From Paragordius varius (Eukaryota; Animalia; Nematomorpha), in the NCBI GenBank assembly GCA_964247055.1, contig OZ176055.1, forward strand, positions 7,936,001 to 8,000,000: a DNA stretch of 64,000 nt, given 5' to 3'. The notes beneath the pieces are model-generated. The model did no database searches. It worked only from the letters and a program-made list of their open reading frames with translations, and was not told the origin of the DNA. Every line of letters begins with the position of its first letter. The first letter of the stretch is position 1. The position numbers and the translations under genes were made by a program. Shown here one piece after another: positions 37,180 to 50,500 of this stretch.

Positions 37180-38690
37180 ATAGCTATTATATTTTTAGTA
37201 TTTTAAATTTAGATTAACCTCTTAACTTTTACTTTTACAGTATCTAAAATGATATTTTACAAACAACGAATATAAATAAATTATCTGATTGTGCTTAGAG
37301 CATTGAAGAATATTTATTTTAATAAAAAACTTTATTTTATTACAAGCGATATTATAAAATAGTATAAATGCTAATAAAATATTTTTTGGTTAAGTTTATC
37401 ATTAATAATTCAATAGATTTCTATGTTTTGTTTACGATTGCATTTTAAGTTGTTTTTTTGGATTTTTATATGCTAGTGTTTTCAATGTTTAAGTTAAAAA
37501 TTAATTAAAAAATCTCCTGTAAATAGTGTCATCACAAATCCGCTGGATAAAATATATGTATTCTGATGAAGCAAATCAATATCACAAATCTGCTTTTGAG
37601 CCTTGCGAAAGATTTGACGCTAATTCCACTTTTTTAGTAACTACTCCAATAGCAAAACTTGCCGACATTTACTATAAATTTTTTGGTGGGGCTAAATGCT
37701 TTTCAAAAATTATTACTTAAATGCAGAAATTACGTATAAAGCAATATAATATTTTAATAATTTCAAATTTTAGTGTAGGTCGTGAAGTTTCAAATTGGGT
37801 TAGTTTTCTGAAATATAAGGCAAAAGGGTTGAGATTGAGCGATAAAATTTTACACCAAATTTTTACATAAAATATTTTTTTCTGAAAAGAGACATATTAA
37901 GAATTAAAGGATTAAATTTACTATATAATTCGATAAGGCTGAACATTTCTATCACCTACTTTTAATTGTTAAGTTTGTTTACCTTTAATTTTGGGTGATT
38001 ATATATAAAATAGATTTTAGCATGTATGATTTGCTTTTGACTAAGTCACGTTCCTATAATAATCGATAAGACCGGGGTTATAATTTTTACCATGGTGTCC
38101 ATAATTAATATTAATGATTATGAAAAATAATGTTTTTTAAAGCCGTGGAAAAAATAAAATTTAATTATTTTTTAGATCACAAAAGCGAATATTTGTAATC
38201 AAGTTTAAAAATGATGTCTTATATTAAAATTCGTTTAATATCTATAATCCATAATCAAAAGATAAATCCAGTTTTAAGTTTTGATAATACATCTCTTCTT
38301 AAAATTCCACATAGTTTTTTTTTACCTTGAATTTGGTGGTAAAAATAACCAATTAGGGAAAAAAATTTTTAATATTTTTAATAACTGGTCGAAACGCTTG
38401 ATATTAAAAATATAATATTTCTAAATGTACAATTTATTATGAACATTGAAATTGTTGATTATGTTACAAGCTCATTTAATTTTAAATCATTACTGATACT
38501 AAAGAATGTGAACTTCTTTAAATGCATACATACCTGAAAAAGAGTTTCGACAATAACTAAAATTAAAAAGATATAAATTTGGATCCTTATTCCAATAACT
38601 GCATTTTTTTGATAATTGCATTTATGGAAAGTTTTTAAATATTTTTGGGATTCCCAATAAATTTAATTTTCTGAATGTCCATTCCGTGGT

Positions 38691-41211
38691 TTATTGAGGT
38701 GCCTATGGAAGTATTAATATATCCAGATAACGTTTAAAAATAAAAAATATAAATTAATTCGAAATTACAGTTGAGCCATAATTGGAGGAAGCTGCGTCTG
38801 TCCCATAAGCACTACTGGCGTCATATGCCTAAAGTTAATAATATTTATTAATTATTTATTAAAAAATTGAAATATAAGTAATATCATTTTGAGCTGTTTT
38901 CAAATCAAAAATGTTTTCAAAAACAGTTCCAAAACCGTTTTTACAGCTAAATTTACATTTATAAACGGATTTTTAAATTATTTTTTCATTCTGAAAAATA
39001 TGAATCACATTTTTATATTCTTATTCACATTGTTAAATTGACCAACAAAATATAAACAATTAAGTGGTTCATACGGTAAAAAATAATAAAGATAAAATGT
39101 AAAAAGTGAAAAACAAACTTTTATAATGAAGAAAATTATACTTAATAATACTAAATTATATATCGTTTTGAGGTGAACACTATCAATTATATATTTTGAA
39201 ATCGCAATCATTTAAGTCATAAAGCAAAAAAGGATCAATTGTTCTTGATATGTAAAACAAATATTTGTCTTTATAATTTTATTTTTTATTGTAAATGAAA
39301 CCGTGGGCATTTTGCCCAAAACCATTTAACTTAAATAAAGTCAACCAGTCTAAAATCGGATTTGTGTACTTATTTCTGGAAAAATCTTGCAAATAGTCGT
39401 TAACTTAAATGAAAAAATTTATTAAATGATATTTTAAATTAAACAATAGAAATATTAAAATACTGAAGAAGCTCCGTAATTGGAAGACGCAGCATCTGTT
39501 CCATAAGCACTGCTTGCATCATACGCCTAAACCAATAAAATTTTATTTAATTATTATGAATATATTGTTAAATTATATTAATTTTTTAACTTCAGATTAA
39601 ACACTTCCAGGCCTTAAATAATGTTCCACTCTAAATTTTTACTTTTATAAATGTGCTTGATGCGGATTAATACTTTTAACAGAAAAGAAACTCATATAAA
39701 ACTCAATCGCCTCAATTTTGCGTTATTAATATAGAGGCGTTAAGAGAACTAATTTCCAATGGAATTAGAAATTGTTAAAAGCATTAAAATAGCTGATATT
39801 TATATTGGCTCGGATTAGTTTAATCAAAACATAAACTGGATATCAATTTTTTGTTTATAGATAGGATTATATTGCATGTCAGAATCTAATCAATTTTTGT
39901 TTTTTAGAAAAGCATTTTTACGTTATTACAGTAAAAATTTATAAACCATTGATTATCAGAAAGATAATATATATTTATCATCCGTTTTAAAAATTTGTTT
40001 ATCAAAGCATAAAAATATTTGATTTTTTTGTTTAATATTTTCAAATCAACGTTAGATTTCATAATTTTGATATTTATCTCTGACATTCCCAAACAAAACT
40101 CGGTTTCAGTCAAACAAACTCGTAATAACAACTAACTAAATCATATTTTAAAAATCTAAATCCTTTTTGTATTAGTATTGGAAGATAGAAAATACCGAAG
40201 AAGCGCCATAGTTGGAAGAAGCCGCATCTGTTCCATAAGCACTGCTTGCATCATAAGCCTGTTTTTTATAAAAAAAAATGGGGTTTTATAAATACATCTA
40301 CTCAAAAAACAATTTTATTGAAATTATTTTACAAATTTCAAATCTATATATTTATAAAAATGAAAAAAGCTGGCTTTGTGATCTGTTTCCGGAAAACCGG
40401 TAGACCCATTCAAATCCAAATGTCGAAAAATATAATTATTAATAAATGTCCCGATAATAGCTTCGCCTTTTTTTGAATTAGGCCCCCAGTTCGGGCCCAC
40501 TCCGTGTAAAAAACGATTTTTTTAAAAACAGAAGTCTACAAAAATCATGTCTTTGAGACAATTTTCCGGGAAACGAGACCATTCGATTTCAAATATGATT
40601 TTTACTATTTTTCGCCAAAATTATGAGATCATAATAAATAATTAGGAGTGCAGATCGTATATAAAGACAAAAAATTTGCTTTCCCTCTCCCTCCAAGAAA
40701 ACCGTAGTATGAATATATATATTGCATGAACAATAATTTAGGTAATTTAATTCGAAAAATCAAGTTTTTTAACTGTGAAAATTTAAAAATAATCATAAAA
40801 AGTTAATAGAAAATTGCCGCCATATGCCGGAAGCAGCATCTGTCCCATAACTGCTGGCATCATATTTCTATTTTAAATTTTTTTATCTGTATAATTATTT
40901 TGAAACCAAAATATAACGCATAAACAATTTATTCAAAAAATAATTTTCCTTGAATATAAAGGTAATGTTCTTATTATGCGCATGGCCAAAAATTAATTTT
41001 TTCAAATTTTAATGTACAATTTTAAAGTATTCTAGTAAAATATTTACCGAAGCCCCACCATAAGCCGAAGACGCGTCCGTGCCATAACTTGAAGCCTTAA
41101 TGATATAAAAAATGTTTTTTAAAATTTTAATTGCAAAATAATTATATATTTATATTTGAAATACCGCCGAGGCATCATATGTTGATTCTCCCCCATAGGC
41201 CTAATATTGTT

Positions 41212-41260
<49 letters not shown>

Positions 41261-43106
41261 AAAAAATTACAGTAAAAATTGAAATACAACGGACAAAAGG
41301 TAAAAATAGAAAGGCAAATATTTTTTCAAAAGACAACCATGCTTTTTTAAACCTTAATTTTTCATTAAGCTCCTTAATTAAAGTTATTAAAATATATGAT
41401 TGATTATGTTACCAATATACATATTTTGCAATTTAAAACGATGAGTTTTATTTAAATTAAATTTAGAAAAGAATGATTGTCTTTTAAGAAAAAATAGTTG
41501 TCTTTATATTATACGTTTTGTCCCTATAATTTCAAATTTTACAGTATTTTTTTAATTTGAAATTTTAATTTAGTTATTCATACCGAGGATGCGCCCGCAC
41601 CATATGCACTGGAATAGGCCTAAAATTTGTATATAGAAAATGTTTGTAAAAAGATTAATTGGTTGATAAATATAAAAATACCCCAGAAGCATCGTAAGTT
41701 GATTCTCCACCATAGTTCTAAAATATAGATTAAATAGCATGAAGGAAAACTTTTAAAGGCAGCAAAAAATTGCATAAATAGTTCCAGAAAAAGGATATAA
41801 CTTAACAAAATTGCGTTTTTGAGTTCCATTTAAACTATTCTTCTTAAATATAATATTAATGCGTACTGTTAAACAATTATTTTTATTCGCTAACAAATTT
41901 TCCCTTTAAAATGACCAAATTGAAAGTTATATACCATTTACAATTTAAATTCACCCTCGAACAATTATTTACCCTTGAAAAATTCGAATTCACCCTAAAA
42001 ATAAATTATGGGTTTCGGAATATTATAACTGAAATTTAATGAGATATATTTTTAAGACATAGTTTATTCTTTTTTCAGAATTATATTAATTTTAAAGAGA
42101 ATTTCAGATTTTAAAAATATTATAAAATAAAGGTGATTTTTAATCTCTAAAAACACATAATTTATTTTAGGGTGGATTTTAATTGTTCAAGGGTGAAATT
42201 GAACTATAAATGGTATAGTATGAGTTGAGAAGTTTCCAATATTTATCAAATAACATAATGAATCCATAAATAAACATATTTTAAGAATTTATCGTTTAAT
42301 ATTTTAACATCTTTTGGCAAATATAAAATAAACCTATCCCTATACAAACAACACATACTATAAATCTATTATTCATATCATATGATTTTTACGAAATCTT
42401 TTTCTTAATATTGCTTTCTTTTATAAAAATATTAAAAATTTACCGATGTTGCTCCGTAAGCGGATGAGGCATCAGCCCCATAAGCACTGGAAGCCTATGA
42501 TAAAAAAATAAATTAAATGTCAGAGATTTATCATAAATTCTTAAAATTTTTGGATATTTAAAAAAATCTCAAAATTTATTTTAATATAATACAGCTGAGG
42601 CATCGTAAGCGGATTCTCCTCCATAAGCCTAAAAATTTAAATAAAATATTTAAATTTTAAAATTCATATATTAACAAATATATTTATTCAAGTAAATTTT
42701 TAAAATTTTACCGAGGACGCACCGTATGCAGACGAGGCGTCTGCACCATAAGCACCGGAATAAGCCTAGAAAAATATAATGTAAAACAATTCAAATTCAC
42801 CCTTGAACAATTCATATTCCCCCTTAAACAATTCAATTCCCCTAAAAATAAATTATGTGTTTTCGGGCTAATATAACTCATATCAATATGAAATAAATTC
42901 TTATGAAATAGTTTATTATTTTTTTAGTATTATTTCCATTTTTAAAAATATAAAAAAATATAGGTAATTTTTAAGCCTAAAAACCCATAATTTATTTTAG
43001 GGTTAATTTTAATTGTTTAAGGGTGAATTTGAACGGTAAATGGTATATAATAAAAAAAATTAAAATTCAATAATTTGGTTAAAAAAATATTTAAATGAAA
43101 AAAATA

Positions 43107-43146
<40 letters not shown>

Positions 43147-44773
43147 TCCAGAAGCGTCATAACTTGATTCAGCACCATAAGCCTATTAAAAAATAAAACA
43201 TATTGATTTTATTTCTATGCAATAGAAAATTATTGATAAGTGTAGTATGAAATATTAGATATTTTTTAGAAAATTAAAAAAATAATGCTACTAAAACCAA
43301 TATGGTATAAAATATTACCGAAGATCCATAATTTGAAGCATCGGCACCATAGGAGGAATATGCTGCCTAGAGTTTTAAAGGCACAAATATTACATAAATC
43401 AATTTGTAAAATAAAATTGAAATATAATAAAACTTTACCGAACTGTCGTAAGTTGATGTCTCCCCGAGTGCATAAAGCTATTAACAAATATCATAAAATT
43501 ATATTTGATCGATATTACTAAATATTTTACAAAATTAAAATTGATACATTTTTTAATGACTTCTAAAATAAACCGGGAAAAAAACTTTGTAGCGAAAACT
43601 ATTTATACCTCAGCAGCCAAAGGGGGTACAGTTTGACCCCTTGGTTGACCGCCGTCGTTTCCGTCTGGCAAGGGGGTCTCGGCAACACCTAGGCTCGGAA
43701 TGCCAGCAGCTGATGTAATGTCCGTAACTTGTGGGACCGATGTCAGCTGATTGTCCGCTATAGCTGTGATCATCTGTGAACTATCAGCTAATTGTTGAGC
43801 TGGGGCAGGGGGAGGAGTTGGAGGGACAACCGTTATAGCTGGTGGCGTTTCCTCCCGAATGGGTGGGAGGGATGATCCTGAACCAACTGGTCGTTTGGTT
43901 AAACTAATGCGGCCAGCACTGGCACGTTTGACAGGTGGAGATGGTAGGGGCGTTGCCACGGGTAACGGACTCACAGTTGGCGATTGAGGCGTTGCCATGG
44001 CAACCTTTGGCGCTGCAGAAACCGGAGCAGAAGGAGGCGATATTGTAGTAGAAGGCACAGATGTCGGTGTAATAGGGCTGACTTTGGGAGCTGGGAGTAA
44101 ACCTGAATGATAGATAGATTTTTTATGTAAATTATACTCAAAACTAACTTATTTTTAAAGCAAATAAAATTTTATTGAGATACTATACATTATTTGCGTT
44201 TTTTCAAAACTAGTTAAATTTGAAAAATGATTATAGTAAGAAACCTTTTTTGCTCTTTAACGTAAAAAAACTCTATTTTAAGGATGCAAATGTGTGATAA
44301 AATACTTTTTAAGGTTACCTTTTTTGCCAGAAATCTTATTTTTGTAAATGATAAAAGCTGCAACACCCAATTCAGCTATGATAAGGATAATGCTTATAAT
44401 TCTAGTTTTAAGCCATACAGGATTAGCGCTTCTTGCTATCATCTTTTCCAGGGCCCCAGGCACTAAAAAAGAGAATGAAATATATATGATTGGAAATTTA
44501 TAATAATTCTACTATAGGATTTAAATTCAAAATAATTATAAATATTTGTTATAATAAAAATCAAAATATCCTGACAAAAAGTAATAACTACCATATCTTT
44601 TTAAATCTTTTTAATGTAACTTATTCATTGTTTTGTTTTGGTAAATAAAGAATATAGAGAAAATTGGTAACGTACTCAATTATCTATTTAATTGCTAAGA
44701 TAAAAAAATTGGTTGTCTTTTTAAAAACTGGGTTTTTAAGTTTTTACGTTTTTTGTGTCCATAATTTTGTCTT

Positions 44774-44809
<36 letters not shown>

Positions 44810-46967
44810 AATTACATGGTAACTTTATTATGTTTTGCTGAAATTTATAGATGTCGCCATCTGGATCCAGGCAGGAAAATGTTATTTCCTCCTTTCCCCG
44901 GCTTAGTTCTTTGACTAAAAGCAGCTCGTTTCCAACCACTCGAAAATTTTCAGAGTTTGCTTGACACTTTAGCTGTTCCGGATAATGGAATTGCACTTTT
45001 TCGATAACACTATTAACCGTGGCATTAATGTATACAGCTATGATGCAAAAATATATTTAAGTAAAAATTTGGATATATGGTTAAAATAATTTATTTTAAA
45101 AAGAACAAGCTCTTTGCAGTAATTATTAAAAGAAAAAGATAATTACTTAATATTTGCTAACAAAAACAACTATACGTAAATTAGGAGCCAAAAGAGGTTT
45201 TGGTTTCAGTGGTGGTGGAATAACTATTAGGGATAAAATTTGTTCAGCTATCGCCGTACCATACAAAACTTGAATGTATAGCGTATAAACTTTGGGTGAA
45301 ACCGGGTTAATTATCTTGACTTGGCCCAAGTCATCAATAGCAAAATAATTTAGTTCATTCCCTTTCGTAATCTTATAGCTGTATTCCAATTTTTCAGGGG
45401 TCGTCGGGTCATCTTGCTTAAGTTTTGGCTTAACTTTATGCACTACGCCGGAAACATCGTTAAATACCTCAACGTACCAAAATGGTTCCAACAGTATCAA
45501 TAACGGTTTAAGGATTTCCACCTCAACCCGCAACGACGTATAAACACTGGAAGAAGCAAATCTTGCAGCGATAAAAGTTAAAAGCGTTTCTGGACAAGTG
45601 TCATCCAATGGTGCTGTAAATAAAAATGTGCAACTGATTAAAAAATGCGGAATTAGGTTAAGGTACTATATGGTGTGCTTCAAATTACATCTTATGATTA
45701 ATTATATAACCGATAACGTTTACACGGAACCATTTAAAAGCGGTTCCAGAAAAAAAGGATTTTATTTTAATTTTTAATACATGGTTATAATGTTAATTTA
45801 ACAAAAAGATTTTAGCCTGAAAAATTAAATAAATATTTTTGCCAAATAATATCGCTCTCCTTTGCTATCGGTGGGACCTCAGGGGATATCAATATGAAAT
45901 ACTAAAGTTTTACTGCATATCCAACACACTTTTGCAGATTAGGTAAATGGCTGAATACCAAATATTTTAGATATTTGCGGAATTTCATTCCATCTCTTAA
46001 ACACAAACGAATATACAATCACAATGTATATCATTATAACTTGAGAACATATACTTTTTAGAGTTAAAGTTCCGCTACTTTGATTAACTTGCAACCATTC
46101 ATTGTTCAAGGTGTATTCGATCGGTATTTCGGCATTTTCATTTTCCGCCTGAAGTTTAGCAACTACCGTATTAACAGTGGCATTCATAGGGAGTTTAGTT
46201 ATGAGGGGACCCCTAAAAACCGGGGAAACCTTGATCTGTTGCATTTTTAGGGTTATATCCATCTCAACCGGTTTTCCAAAATACGAGGCACGGGCCCTAT
46301 AACTCAACTCTTTGAATAGGAGGGGTAGCTTAGCATCTGGCAGCTGACAAATTTGGACTCTACCATCATCATCTCGTTTGATGGAGAAGGCATCGGATGG
46401 CAAAATTTCATACCTTATCATTTTGACATCACATTTACCACAAATGGCACGTGGCTGAGAGTATAACATTATATGCTTAGAATAGCCAGGTTATATAATT
46501 TTGCTGGTATAAAATTAAATTGTACGGACAAAATGTAAAAACTAAAAGACAAATATTTTTTAGGAATCAACTAAATTGTTATACAGACTAACGCAAAATT
46601 AAAAAACATTTTTTTTTGTAAAAGTTAACCCATATTTTTAAATCTTGTTTTTTATAAATATAACTCAATGCTTTAGTTGGCGAAATAAAAATTTGAGATG
46701 TAAATTGGAAATTTTTAATTAAAAAGTGTCATTATAAGGTTTATGTGGGAAAAATTAAGGTTTAACATTATGCTTGTATTTTTAAGATTTATAAATTGTT
46801 GACATATGCTATAAAATTTCAGAACATACTATTTCATAGCAAGGTTCATCCATCAAATTAATTGTTACGGAGTTTGTGATAAACCTGATGGGAATGACTT
46901 TGTTAACATCAATTTTGGCACCATGTAACAAAAGGCCGAATCCACACAATAAAAGGATAGGAATCAT
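38691..46967 (-). CDS. Type I membrane protein: signal peptide, divergent cadherin-like ectodomain, TM helix, Pro-rich segment and micro-exon-encoded Ala/Tyr/Gly/Ser tail
   Basis: ATG at 46967 gives MIPILLLCGFGLLLHG. Cadherin-like strings IEYTLNNEWLQVNQSSGTLTL and YKITKGNELNYFAIDDLGQVKI. TM IISIILIIAELGVAAFIIY (~44410-44340). Pro-rich exon 44103-43609, then 13 phase-0 micro-exons and a last exon APQ* (38702-38691). Confidence 0.75.
40343..40600 (+). mobile_element. Truncated 5' fragment of the Helitron-like element
   Basis: Closely similar to ~2152-2410 (GCTGGCTTTGTGATCTGTTTCCGGAAAACCGG; TAGGCCCCCAGTTCGGGCCCAC). Confidence 0.8.
41932..42215. mobile_element. TACCATTT-TIR MITE copy inside the micro-exon array
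   Basis: Family TIRs at both ends; another copy at ~42781-43045. Confidence 0.8.
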
Positions 46968-47469
46968 ATTTAAATAGCAACGGACTTTAAAAAAATATGA
47001 TGTTATAAAAAATTGCCTAAAGGAAATAAAACTTTAACTTAAATTAAATAAAATTAAATGAGAATCATTAATTATAAGATTCCTATCAATTGAAATATAA
47101 ATAATGATTGTTGAAATGCAATATAATTAATAGGGTGCCGTGCCTAAAATGCAACCGGTAAAATTTATCAGAAAATATACCATTTGCGCTTCAAGAGTGT
47201 TCTTGAATTGAAAATTTCAAGTTAATCCTTAACTTTTGTTTTATTTTTAACTTTTATCAATCAAAATGTTTATAATTCATCTATTTCAGTGGTACTCATC
47301 AAAAATATTTGACGGGCCAAATAAAATATATTTTTATTTTCGAGGGCCATGAACCTTATAATGGCAAATATTTCATAATTATTTGAAACCTACAATGAAT
47401 TTTTGCGGATCGCTTGTAAATCCAGCTAAAACTGGTTTTGCACCATTTAGTTGAAAAAATTAAAATATT

Positions 47470-49250
47470 TTGATAACAACATTTATTTTAAAATAACTAA
47501 TAATTTTTAACAAATTTGGTTTCGCCTCATGACAGGCCAATTTTAATACGTCATCCATATGATCATCGGTTAAGCGATTTCTGTATGTATTCTTGGCATA
47601 CTTTATTTTTGAATATGCCGTCACACGTTTAAATTGAGGGAAAGACAGTTAAGATACCTTGCGCACATTTTTTATAATTTTATATTTGGCACATCTTGAC
47701 AAAACTCTACATATTTTTCTTCTCTGCGATTCTCCTTGAATATAGCCTCCAAATCATAATCATTTTTAAAATCTACGAATTCTTCAATGATATGCGCCTG
47801 ATCAAAATCGAATGCTCAAGTTGCTTAATATTCGATATATCCAGATGCCAAGGATTTTCAACGAGTTTTAAGCAATTTTTAATATTTCTTAATTCTTGAA
47901 ATCTGAATAATCCCATTAAATATAAATGTTAAATAATTGTCTATTGTTAAATTAATCTCGGGATAAATTTTATGTTTTTTCATGAATCGTTTTAATTGTT
48001 GGAAAATATAGGAGTGTTTTATTTATAAAATCTTGTTTATATATAATTAATTTTTCTTCAAAAGCAAATATTTGATTAGCAAACTGGATTATTATGCTCC
48101 CTTGAAGAATTGTATTAAAAATACTATGTTTATAAGGTCGCAAAGGTAGGCTAATAAAGGCCACCGTTGCCACTATTAATTTCATTGTCAAACTTTCTGT
48201 TATCTTTTATAAAAAATAGAATTTCACGTCTTAAAATAAAAAATCTATTTAAGACTTTGCTAAGGCTTAGCCATCTCACCGCGGTGTACAAATGAATATC
48301 ATCGAACTACCTGTAGATATCTTTCGGTAGTTCGAATTTACGGCGGTTAAATTCTCTGCCACGGATGTGGTTAACTATATCCACAACCGTTTAAATTACT
48401 GAATTGAGTGATCTTTTACACGCGAAACCAAGTTTTGATGATGAACAAAACAATAGAAGGATATATTTTGCAAATTATATTTGTTTTTCAAAAGAGAATT
48501 ATATCCTTTGTTTATTACGATCGGACCATCTATGCAGATCGAAACCAATTTTTTCATATATATACCATTATTATCAAAAAGGGTGTTAATTATTTCGAGA
48601 ATCACTTTCTTTCACATTATTCATTGGCAAAAATCTTAAAATTTCCTCGTTGATTTTATTATCGTTGCAAAATCTCACGAAGAGCGCACATTGAGATGTT
48701 GAACTAAGATCAGTGGAATCAATACCAATACTAGAATATTTGCAGTTTTTCATAGCCAATATTGTATTGTTAAAAACATATTTAGACATATCTTCAATGC
48801 GTCGAGCACACGTTGAATCAGAAAGTTAAAGTATTTTAATTTGCCACATGATATGATCTTTATTATGGAATTTATCAAATAAAAAAGTGCCACCATATAT
48901 TATACATTCTTTTAATAGTTAAGAATCAGTAAACTTTTTTTCTAAAATAGAGCAAATACGAAGGTAATGTTACAATTTTTCTCTGGGAAAAAGCTAAGGG
49001 AATAATAGATTTTTCTTTCTGGCATAATTCCTTTTTATATTTTTTGTTTCATTCCTCTTGATTTTATAGAGAGAAAGATGGATTGTCAAATAACTCTCAA
49101 TATTGTATTTTTTATAATATGTTGTCCTTACATATAAGGCAGGTAACAATATTTTTATATAAAACGACAACAAATTTTTTTCCCTTTCTTTTTAAAGAAG
49201 CGAATTTTATCGGATAATTCGTTTTTTAACATTAGATGTCCTTCTTTTAA
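47470..49250 (-). pseudogene. Decayed hAT (Buster/Charlie/GTF2IRD2-like) transposase
   Basis: Frameshifted fragments STCARRIEDMSK, IGIDSTDLSSTSQCALFVRF, SICIDG..CFVHHQNL, AVRWLS and C-terminal YRNRLTDDHMDDVLKL; multiple stops. Element boundaries not resolved. Confidence 0.8.
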
Positions 49251-50228
49251 TTTATTTTTAAATATTATGTAAATTTTTTCAAAAAATAGGAATATAATTT
49301 GAATTATGCTATAAATTAAACAGGTCGAAATTTAATGATGTTGGTTTTAAAAATATTTTATGGGAATAAGTTATAAAAAATGATGCAGCATAGCAATGAG
49401 AATATGTACGTGCAAGTTTGGGGTGAAAGTTAATACAAAAAATGAATTCAATAAAAATTTAAATGAAATGAAAATAAAATACAGAAACCAGTGTGCCAAA
49501 ATTATGAAATCATTTTTATGTAGGGAAATTTTTCTACATTTCAAATTCAATAAAAATTAAAAATTATCAAAATTAAATCTAAAGAAAATAAATTTATATT
49601 AAAATAGGCGAAAATTTGTGTATGTGTATTGAAATTCATCAATATAAATAACACTAAATATCAATATGGTCATAAGGCAATTTTGAAGCATAGGGCCGCG
49701 GTTTGATTAACACTTATTTTACGTTTCCATCTCGACTCAAAATTGTATGAATTAAGGCTGCAATAATATGTATTTTTTGTTGATATCAAAATTTAACATA
49801 TATTTTACGCTTTTATTGCGCAATCTCGGCATTTTAATGTTTAATATCAGAGAAATAGCCTATTTGAGACGAGCGAAAAAATCTGGGACTTCCCCAGACC
49901 ACATAAAGAAATTGAAATTTTTAAAATTAGTGTTTTGCTTTTCATTAATCTATGATATATTTTAGTCATATTTTTTGTAATAAACATTTACCTTATACCA
50001 AATAATTTATTTAAAAGTTTAAATTTTGCTATTTTCTTATAGAGAACAGTTACCGCAAATGTGTAAATAACTTGGTTATTCCATTCGTAAGCGTCAAAAG
50101 TAAAAGTAGCATGTTAATTCGGATATATTTTTCTATAAGTAGTATTTTATCGTGTTTTTTTTCTATTCAACGATTTTTGACATTTTTAAAAAATCATATG
50201 AAATTTCGCTTGAAGCTAATATAACCAC

Positions 50229-50500
50229 ATGGATAAATCAATCCCGAATCCGTATCGTTCTTATAATAAAATATACGGTACTCCGCTTGGAAAACGTATG
50301 CATAAATCATTAACAATTGTGTCTATTTCTGGTTTCTTTACTTTGATCGGATCCGTGTAATTGATTAATAAATAATATATAGAATTTTGTTTTCCTATGT
50401 TGACTTATCAGCCATAGACAATTTTTTCATCGACGAAGAATCTTGCTTGCACCGATATGCTGAGGAAGCTAGATTAAAAAATGAACGATCTAAGCGTTAA
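50229..50500 (+). CDS. Candidate 81-aa single-TM small protein overlapping the SLX4 start
   Basis: MDKSIPNPYRSYNKIYGTPLGKRMHKSLTIVSISGFFTLIGSV|ILFSYVDLSAIDNFFIDEESCLHRYAEEARLKNERSKR*, using a 26-nt GT-AG intron (50357-50382). No homolog recognised. Confidence 0.35.

Larger units (their letters stand above)
38769..43477 (-). repeat. Array of homologous phase-0 micro-exons (AYG/YDAS repeats)
   Basis: Exons at 43477-43439, 43366-43319, 43182-43147, 42765-42712, 42628-42593, 42494-42444, 41717-41682, 41619-41584, 41200-41165, 41095-41048, 40258-40196, 39526-39464 and 38828-38769. Each is bounded by AG/GT and is a multiple of 3. Confidence 0.9.

Noticed and set aside
48262-48400. GC-richer hairpin-forming island resembling a structured ncRNA or tRNA
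   Set aside because: On the minus strand it reads as hAT transposase (IVNHIRGR...AVRWLS); no cloverleaf.
49768-49965. 65-aa plus-strand ORF upstream of SLX4
   Set aside because: AT-rich composition, no motif, adjacent to the hAT remnant.
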